Source of the DNA: an uncultured bacterium
Lineage (GTDB): Bacteria; Acidobacteriota; Thermoanaerobaculia; Multivoradales; JAHZIX01
Length of the DNA: 19,712 nucleotides
Assembly: GCA_965368975.1 (NCBI GenBank)
Contig: CBDUPA010000042.1
Coordinates: forward strand, 1 to 19,712
Direction of reading: 5' to 3'
In this document: positions 1 to 7,900 of the stretch, piece by piece
How positions within the stretch are numbered: position 1 is the first letter of the stretch
How the letters are laid out: each line of letters opens with the position of its first letter
Program-made: the position numbers and the translations under genes
The notes under the pieces: model-generated
The model's database searches: none
Told to the model about the DNA's origin: nothing
What the model saw: only the letters and a program-made list of their open reading frames with translations

Positions 1-253
1 CACCACGAGCGATCGCGGCCAGCTTTTCGCGCGCCTGATCGCGCGCATCCGCCAGACTCATCACCGGGTAGACGCCGAGGTTCAAGCGGCGCTTGCTGCC
101 GCTGGCGCCCTTGTAGCGCACGATGAACGTCTTGCGACCGCTCTTCGAGACGCGCACCCCGAAGCCGGGCAGCTGGAGATCCCAGTAATCGGTCATCCAG
201 CGGCCGGCGGTGAAGGTCTCGATGGTGCGGTGGGTCAGGTGAGCTTTCGGCAT
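1..253 (-). CDS. Tyrosine integrase, N-terminal Arm DNA-binding domain (DUF4102/Arm-DNA-bind_3 type); 3' end runs off the window
   Basis: Not in the ORF track. Hand translation from ATG at 253 gives MPKAHLTHRTIETFTAGRWMTDYWDLQLPGFGVRVSKSGRKTFIVRYKGASGSKRRLNLGVYPVMSLADARDQAREKLAAIARG, matching the typical WD..LPGFGVRV..SG.KTF..RY....R...LG.YP.MSLA.AR pattern. The RBS GAGGT overlaps the TGA of the upstream gene. The catalytic domain is outside the window. Confidence 0.9.
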   Translation of the reverse strand, partial: MPKAHLTHRTIETFTAGRWMTDYWDLQLPGFGVRVSKSGRKTFIVRYKGASGSKRRLNLGVYPVMSLADARDQAREKLAAIARG

Positions 254-262
254 CGTCTGACC

Positions 263-1252
263 TCACCGCACCGGCTGCACCTGGCACCACTGGCCAGCGC
301 CCGCGACGGTGATCGAGGCGTACAGCTCGACGCCCAACACCCTCCCGGCCTCTTGGAGCCGATGCGTGAAGCGCTCATCCTGCCGGCTTGGTCTCGGATT
401 GCCGGACGGGTGGTTGTGCCCGACCACGACCGAGCGTGCATTAGCCAGCAAAGCCGGCGCCAAGATGCCGCGCGGCTCGGCTTGCGCTCCGGTCAGGATC
501 CCGATGTAAGGCACGTCCCAGCCGATGACCCTGCGGTTCCCGTCCAGGAAGAGTACGGCCAGGGCTTCGCGGTCGTAGCCCTGCAGCACCTGCCACAGCA
601 GCGCCGCCGCGTCACCACCAGCGCAGACTCGGGGATAGGCGTGCAGAGATGCGCTCGCCTCCCGCACCAACTCGACGCGAAATCGTGGCACCTTCGGCAG
701 CAACGGTTCCTTGGCGCGCCAGTATGGACTCGTCGGCTGGCTCTTGAGGAGGTTGGCGCGGCAAGGCCGAGGCTTTCTTTGATCGCCGGACAGAACAGTA
801 AAGAGCGGAGCCAAAGCACTCTCGTCGAGGCCGATCTTCTGCAGCTCAGCTTTCAGGTCTGCGCCGGGCCGCAGATCGGTCCAGCCGAAACGGTGCACCC
901 GCTCCCCCACCTCGAAACCGACCTCCTGTGCGAGGTCGCGGAACTTCCGGCTGTGATAGCCACGATGGCAGCAGTCCTTGATACCGCGTAGACCGTTGAC
1001 CCAATGCACCATCGCGTGCAGCAGAGATGCCGCGACCTCGGAGGTCGAGCCCGTCAGTGCATGGGCGGGCACGCGGACCGGTGGCGTTGGTTCTTCGTCC
1101 TCATGCCGCGCACCAGGTGAGATGCCCTCAATCTGTACGCGTAGTGGAACCTGCGCCAACTCGGGTCCGAAGCGGTCGAGGAGCTGAGCGCAGCAACGCT
1201 CAAGCTCCTGTTCCGCTCGTGCGACGTCGGTGCCGGTGTCCATGACCGGCAT
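263..1252 (-). CDS. Fusion of an SprT-like zincin domain (HExxH changed to HAxxH) and a C-terminal RadC-type JAB domain
   Basis: C-terminal DREALAVLFLDGNRRVIG...EPRGILAPALLANARSVVVGHNHPSGNPRPSRQD...LQEAGRVLGVEL is RadC/JAB with intact E and HxH..S..D. N-terminal SLLHAMVHWVN..GIKD....YHSRKF...A.EVG resembles SprT-like LLHEMVH...GIKD...YHN.KF. Starts 3 nt after the upstream stop, with GGAG upstream. Confidence 0.85.
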   Translation of the reverse strand: MPVMDTGTDVARAEQELERCCAQLLDRFGPELAQVPLRVQIEGISPGARHEDEEPTPPVRVPAHALTGSTSEVAASLLHAMVHWVNGLRGIKDCCHRGYHSRKFRDLAQEVGFEVGERVHRFGWTDLRPGADLKAELQKIGLDESALAPLFTVLSGDQRKPRPCRANLLKSQPTSPYWRAKEPLLPKVPRFRVELVREASASLHAYPRVCAGGDAAALLWQVLQGYDREALAVLFLDGNRRVIGWDVPYIGILTGAQAEPRGILAPALLANARSVVVGHNHPSGNPRPSRQDERFTHRLQEAGRVLGVELYASITVAGAGQWCQVQPVR

Positions 1253-1255
1253 CGC

Positions 1256-1666
1256 TCAGCTCTCCGGGTCCGGAGACGTCCCCAGAATGTCTTCGAGTCG
1301 GGCTGCGTGACCACCCAACTGCTCGGACAGTTCGACGGCGACGAGGTGCAGTTTCACCTGCTCGGGATCGTCCACGCTACCCGGCTCGGCGCCGACGTGA
1401 TGGATATAGCCTTGAAGCTGGCGCAAATCTCGGAGCGCGGCCCGTAGGTCCGACTTGACCGGCACCTCGCCACGCTCCTTATAGGTCTCCTCGTGGAGCA
1501 GGGCATTGTCGTAGAGCGTCACGCCGACGCTGCGGAAGGCGTCACGGATGTGTGCTTCCGGGTAGAGGTGCAAGTACGTCTCCCGGAAAACGGCATGCGC
1601 CTCCCAATGGCTCGGTTGCAGAGAGTTCGGCGTTGCCGGATTGGTATGCTGCGGCTGGTCACTCAT
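1256..1666 (-). CDS. Hypothetical protein, 136 aa, probably helical; first gene of the operon leading to the integrase
   Basis: Strong RBS (AAGGAG, 8 nt before ATG), protein-like composition, and only a 3-nt gap to the next gene. No family recognised. Confidence 0.8.
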   Translation of the reverse strand: MSDQPQHTNPATPNSLQPSHWEAHAVFRETYLHLYPEAHIRDAFRSVGVTLYDNALLHEETYKERGEVPVKSDLRAALRDLRQLQGYIHHVGAEPGSVDDPEQVKLHLVAVELSEQLGGHAARLEDILGTSPDPES

Positions 1667-1726
1667 GGGGTCATCTCCTTTGAGTGGCTAGGCCCGGTTC
1701 GGTGCTCTAACACCGGATCGGGCCGC
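1661..1726 (+). ncRNA. Putative cis-antisense RNA with SymR-like architecture, covering the start codon and RBS of the 1256..1666 gene; ends approximate
   Basis: Hairpin GGCCCGGTTCGGTG-CTCTAA-CACCGGATCGGGCC (1691-1724). All 14 positions pair on the + strand (two G-U wobbles), whereas the mRNA strand has two A-C mismatches. It directly follows CAT...CTCCTT, the antisense of the ATG and RBS. Confidence 0.4.
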
Positions 1727-1794
1727 TTGCTTGGAGGGTGACTTGCCTGCGCTGGCACAGCCTGGACAGGCCTTCACCCCGATAGGCTGGTACC

Positions 1795-1822
1795 ACTACA
1801 GCGGGAAGGGACGACCTGTCAA
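1795..1822 (-). promoter_or_regulatory. Possible sigma70 promoter for the hypothetical-SprT/RadC-integrase operon
   Basis: Perfect TTGACA at 1822-1817. The -10 candidates are poor (TGTAGT at 16 nt, TAGTGG at 18 nt). Confidence 0.25.
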
Positions 1823-1865
1823 CCAGAAACCCTGAACCAGATGCAGAAAGCCATATCAATCACAC

Positions 1866-1882
1866 TGCATCCTATATGCCAA
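1866..1882 (-). promoter_or_regulatory. Possible sigma54 -24/-12 element upstream of the integrase operon
   Basis: Minus strand reads TTGGCATATAGGATGCA: TGGCA with exact GG-N10-GC spacing, in an AT-richer intergenic patch. Confidence 0.3.
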
Positions 1883-1940
1883 GGAACTTGGCTAGCACCC
1901 CTCATGGTGCAGGCGTTCGCTCGGACTCAGACGTCCAGCC

Positions 1941-4900
1941 TCAGATGTCGCAGTGCAAGTTGTTGTAGGCATCGAGCTGGTCCTTCAGCTCGTTGCCTCG
2001 CTTGCGGTCGGCCCCCTTCGGATTACTGCCCGGCGGGAAGTCCTGCAGGAAGGCATCTGCCGCCTCGACGATAGGCAGGATGAAGGGATCAGTGCCGTTG
2101 GCCAGGTTGAGCTTGGTGGCGACCAGGTGGTGTGCCAGCTTGCTGGCGGCGTCGGGGCCGCCGTACTGCAAGAAGCCCATCAGCTCGACATCGCCGTACT
2201 CGACACCACCGAGGGTGAGACGATCAACGGGCCAGTCTTCGCGGTGGGTCTTCCAGTAGCCCGGTGAGCGGGTACAGGCGTCGTCATCGAGGATCTGTCC
2301 CTCGATAACCAGCTGGAGCAACAGGACGAGATCGGGTTCGACGAGCTGCATGCCCAGCTGCAGCGTCTCGCGCCCCTCGTCGAGGTCATCGCCCAGGACG
2401 CTGACGGGCACCTGTGTGCTTGTCGTGCCGGGCTCCAGGACCAGACTCCCGGTCGCCGCCAGGTAGTCCTCACCAGCCGTGGCCGTGATGTCCACCGTCT
2501 CGTAGGCCAGGACGACAGGCTCAGTCAGTGCGCAACTGAGCTGGACGGTGAAGAGCAGCTCCGCCGTGTCGCCGATGTCGCCTTCGACCACCGGCTCGCT
2601 GGTCGCCCAGATCACCGGCTGGCGCAGGCTGGTCAGCGAGAGGACAGCAACCTGGTCAGGAACAGCCCACACACGTACACGCACGGACTCGACACCCGTG
2701 ATGGCGTCCAGGGTCTCACTGAGCGTCAAAGCCTCGACAGGGCCGATCACATCGCCGCTGTCGAAGGCGTCGAGCAGCAGGCCGCCGCCGTCCAGGGCTT
2801 CCACCTGGACGCGAGCCGTCTCACCATCGGCCAGGCTCAGCGTGAGCGCGAAAGCGATGCGCAGCTCGCTACTGCCGAGCGTGCCGCCGCCGTAGGCACG
2901 GACGTCGACGGTGTGCGTCCAGACGCGGTCCGTCTGCGTCCAGGCTTGCGTGCCGAGGGCCGGCAGCAGCTCCGGTCCTGGGCACAGCTCGTCGTCGAGG
3001 ATCGTCGCCAGCGCTTCGGCATCAGCCAGCTGTGCGACGGTCGGCTCGCTCAATTCGAGGCGGAAGGTCTCCTCGGCCGGTTCGAAGAGGGAATCGCCCA
3101 GGATCGGGACGTTGACGTTCTGCGTCGTGACGGTCGGCGCGAAGGTCAGCTCGCCCTCGGTTGTCGTGTAGTCCTCGCCCGCGAGCGCGGTGTCGTCGGC
3201 CGTGCTGTAGCGCACGGTGACGTCGCGATCGGCGGGGTTGGACAGCCGTACCTCGAAGCGTGCTTCGCTATTTGTATCGCCTTCCTCGACTTCGACGTCT
3301 GCCGCCGAGAGCAAGGCTTGATCGTCGTCGAGGATGGTGACTTGCGCCTCACCATCGACGAGCACACCGCCGTCGACGCTCGTGACCTGCACCAGGAACA
3401 CCTCGTCGAGTTCATCGACATCGTCGGCAGTGACCGGCACCGGGATCACGCTCTGCGCCTGCCCGCTCGGGACGGTGAGACTGCCGGCGGTGGGCGTGTA
3501 GTCCTGGCCGGCGAGGGCACTGCCGTCGACGGTGGCGAAGTGGACCGTGACCGGCTGGCTCGACGTTTCGGATAGCAGCACGGGCACGCCCGCCAAACCG
3601 GCGGCTTCCCTGATAGCCAAATCGCCGAGGCTGACATCCGGCTCGGCGGAGACAGCATCGACGGTGACGCTCAGCTCGGCGCAGCCGCGACCGCCGTCGT
3701 CGTCGAAGACGCACAGGCGCACCAGGTAGGTGCCGGCTTCGCTGTAGGGATGCGAAGCCTGTACCGTGCCGCCGCCGGCTTGCTGGTCGAGCGCGACGAC
3801 TTCGGGCGCACCGTCGCCCCAGTCGATCTCGGCGCGGTGGGTGTCGAGCAGCCCCGGGTCGGTGAAGGTGCCAACGACCTCCAGCGGACCGCCGACCGTG
3901 AGGTCGTAGTCCGTGGTCAGCACGACGGTCGGCGCGACGTTGCGCACGGTGACCGTGGCACGGTCGCATGCCGGGGCACCACCGGCGGCTTGCCAAGCGG
4001 CTTCCTGGACGCACACTTCATGCTCGAAGACGCCGTCGTCGCCGAAGCGGTGCGTCGCTTCGATCGGGCCGATGCCGCAATGCGGAGTGCCCAGTGTCGC
4101 CGGCTGGAACGGCTCCCCGGCCCAGCTGACCTCGGCGCCGTAGCTGCGCGGCGGCAGCTGCGGGCCGCTGATGCGCAGGGCTTCGAGGTCGCAGGCTTCG
4201 AGCACCTCGCCGATGATGAAGGCTTCGTCGATGGAGCCGATCCACGGCTCGTAGTACTCCGGGTTAACACCCAGCCAGGTACGGTCGAAGCCGGGACCGA
4301 CATAGCCCTGGCCAACCAGCTCCTGTCCGTCGACGTACAGGCGTACGCTCTGCAGCGCAACGCCGTCCTGGATCGGCCCGATCTGCTCGTAGACGGCGGC
4401 GACGAAGGTCCACTCGCCGTGACGGATCGGCACCACGCCGAGTACGGATTCACTGCCCTGGAAGATCGACCAGCCGAAGTCGCCGCTGCGATAGTCGACG
4501 ACCAGCGTACGGTCGAAGCCGCCACTGTCGTGCGAGATGACGGTGTTGATAACGTAGCTGAAGCCCGGCACGGTCTTGACCCACGCACCCATGGTCAGCT
4601 TGGGCTGAGCGGTGACGTTGATGTCGACCGGGATCTCGATCGAGTCGCCGTCGTAGAAGCCACCGAACTCGTAGGCTCCGCCTCGATAGCCCTCGGTCGG
4701 CGTCGGCGTGCCCCAGATGGAGCCGTGGTTCTCGTTGCCGCTGGCATCCTGGACGTCGCCGTCGAGCGGTAGGTAGGCGAGCAAGCGGCCGTTGTCGAGC
4801 GGTGACAGGCCGGGCTGATCGAGCGACGCCTGCAGCGCGTAGGGCGAGCCCTCGTCGACACTGCCCGGCTGGATGCTGACGCGCGGCGCTTGCGGATCGA

Positions 4901-7900
4901 TGAACTCGACCGGCAGTTCGACGACGTGATCGTCCGGCGTGGTGTCGACGCCCTGGCTGCCGTCGTCCCACACTTCGAGCTGCACGAGCACGCCGTCGCC
5001 CGGAGTAGTGGTATTGGGTGCTCGCACCTCGACGGTGATGTCGAGCTGCGCGCGGTAGGCCAGGTGGTCGAGGCTCCAGACCAGCGTGCCAGTCGTGGCA
5101 TCAAAGCTCGACGGCGCCGGTTCGATGGCGCCGATTTCGAGCGGTGGCGGCACCACGGCGAGCAGCTCGACATTCGTCGGTTCGAGCGTGCCGTGGTTGG
5201 TCAGGCTCAGCGTCAGCGGCACGCTCTCGCCGGGGCGCAAGCTGCTCGGCTGCACGTCGCCGGAGAGGCCGAAGTCGAGCAGCGGACCGCGCCAGTAGAC
5301 CAGAAAGCTGTCGCACGCTTCGCCGCCGTCGTCGTCCGTGACGCAGACGCGCACCGGGTAGTCGGTCTCCAGGTCGTAGGCGTGCTGCGCGACGATGCGG
5401 CCGGCGCTGCCTTCGGCGCTGGCTGTGGGCGTCACGGCAACGCTCTCGATCGTGCCGTCGCCCCAATCGACCGTCGCTGTGTGCGTGTCCGCCGGACCGG
5501 CGTCCCAGTAGCTGGCGTCGAGTTCGAGGAAGCCGCCGACATAGGCGGGACGGTCGGGACCGGCGTCGATCTGCGGCTCGGCGTTGATCACGGTGAGCGG
5601 GAAGTCACCACAGCCGGTGTCGGTGCCATCGTCGACGCACACCTGGGCCACGAACTCGCCGTCGTCCGGATAGGAGTAGCTGGCGTGGATGCGACCGAAG
5701 GTCTGGCCGTTGGCGACCCAGCTATCGAGACCCGCGGCCGTGGTGTTGCCGTCGCCCCAGTCGACCGTCGCGCTGTGGCTGTCCGCGCTGCCGGGATCGA
5801 CGAAGGCGGCGCCGAGCGGGAAGGTGGAGCCTTCGAGCACCGCCAGTCCCTCGACGCGCACATCGTAGAACTGCACCAGGCCGAGGTTGAGCGTGTAGAA
5901 ACCGAAGCGACCGCTGCCGAAGGCGTAGTCCCCGCTCAGGTCGGCGATGGGGTTGCCGTTCATCCAGATCTGCACGCGATCGGCGCGGCTCTCGACGCGG
6001 AAGCGGTACTCCCAGCCGTTGTTCCACGGGCTGTAGCCCCAGGCGTCGTGGCTGCGCGAGATCTCGGTGACGCCATTCGACAGCCCGTTGCACTGCAAGT
6101 CGACGTGCGCCGCCAGCTCGGAGATGAGCGGTACGCCCCGGACACGCGAGACGGCCAGGCCACCCTCCGCATAACCACTGCCGCACTCCGGATTCGCCGA
6201 GATCTGGGCACCGCTTCGCTTCCAGTCGACGAGCAGGAAGTCGGCTTCCGGGTTGGCAGCGTCGCCCGGACGGTAGCCGAGCACGAAGCCGAACCAATCG
6301 TAGTCCCAGAAGGGGATCGGTCGCACGGTGAACTCGAGCGTCAGGCCGGTCGCCAGGTAGGGGCTCAGGAAGACCGTGGCCTGCGAGTCGTTCAGCTGCT
6401 CGACCTGCGTGCCTGACGGCGCCACCTGCCAGTCCGGCGAGCGCTGGTCGTAGGCCCAGCTCTCTGCCGTCCACAGCCGCAGGTCCGCGCCCTCGGTCGA
6501 CGCGCTGACGACCGGCGCCGCATTGACGACACCGAGAGTCTGCGAGCGACAAGATTCTCCGCCGTCGTCGTCCCGCAGGCACAGACGTACGGTGTAGCTG
6601 CCGTCCTGGCCGTAGGCGTGCGAGGCGCGCACCACGGAAGCCGCGGCATCGACCGTGGCCGGTTCGACGACTCCGTCGCCCCAGTCGACCGTCGCGCTGT
6701 GGCTGTCGTCGCTGCCGGCGTCGCTGTACGCCACGTCGAGGTGCAGTGCCTCGCCTTCGGCCGGAGCGGACAGGACGAGCGGATCGAGCACGGGGGCGGC
6801 GTTGGCGACCGTCACTTGCGTGCTAGCGATGTCGACTTCTCCACTGTCGTCGATCACCTGCAGCGCGACCGTGAAGACACCATTGTCCGCGAAGATCCAG
6901 GTCGGCGCCACGATCGAGGCATCGTCGAAGATGCCGTCACCGTCGAGATCCCAGGCATAAGCCACCAGCGTACCGTCGCGGTCGGTGGAGGCCGAGCCGT
7001 CGAGTTGCACGGGCGCACCCTCGGTGCCGCTGTAGGGGCCACCGGCGTCCGCGCGAGCGCTGGCGATGACATTGGTGTCACTCGCCTGGTTGTTGGCGGG
7101 CGTCGGGTCCGGACCGGCCGAACCGTCGTCGGTGACCGTGGCAATCATCGTCAGCTCGGTGACGCCCGCTGGTAGTCCGGCGTCGACATCGACGATGAAA
7201 GTGATGTCGCTGCTCGTACCTGCGCCCAGGTCACCGAGCTGCCACTCCAGCGTGTCCAGACTGCTCGTGCCGGCAGGGATGTCGACGCGTAGCGTCACGC
7301 CTGTGCGCGCCCCCGGTCCAGCGTTGACGACGGTCGCGGTGACGGTCAGGGAATCGCCCGGATGCATGCGCTCGACGCCGTCGACCAACTGCACGGCCAG
7401 GCCGACGTCAGTGGTGTCGTAGGCGAAGCGATGCTCGTTGTTACTCTCGTTACACTCGCGCAAGGCGTCTTCCGGGTCGACCTGCACGACGACCTCGCGG
7501 GCACCCCAGATCTCACCTCCAGCGCCGAGGCTTGTAGCATCGAAAGTCAGCGCGACGTCCTCGAAGCGTCCCGGCACCAGCGCCTGGCTGGTTGCCGCGA
7601 CACCCAGCAGAGCGCCACCGGTCGCCGGGTCGCCGTCATAAGCGTGCACCGGCACTCCGGCAGGCGCGGCGGAGGTCCCACCGTTGCCCACGCGCACCGT
7701 CACCGCAATCTGCGGCCAGGCATCGAAGTCGACGCGCAGGTACGACGCCGACAGATCCGCCGCCGCCAGCGGATCGACGCCCACAGGCGCCACGTTGGCG
7801 CGGAAGGTATTGTGGGTCAGCCAGGGGTGCGGCGCAGTCGCTGGCACCGAGCCGTCGTCGCGTACGTTGTCGGCGTGGAAGGCGTGCTGGTTCCACACCT

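Noticed and set aside
230-991. + strand 253-aa ORF
   Set aside because: It lies antisense to the motif-bearing SprT-RadC gene.
1667-1940. tRNA, att site or intrinsic terminator between the adhesin and the integrase operon
   Set aside because: I found no cloverleaf or TTCGA...CCA end and no partner direct repeat, and the hairpin lacks a convincing U-tract on either strand.
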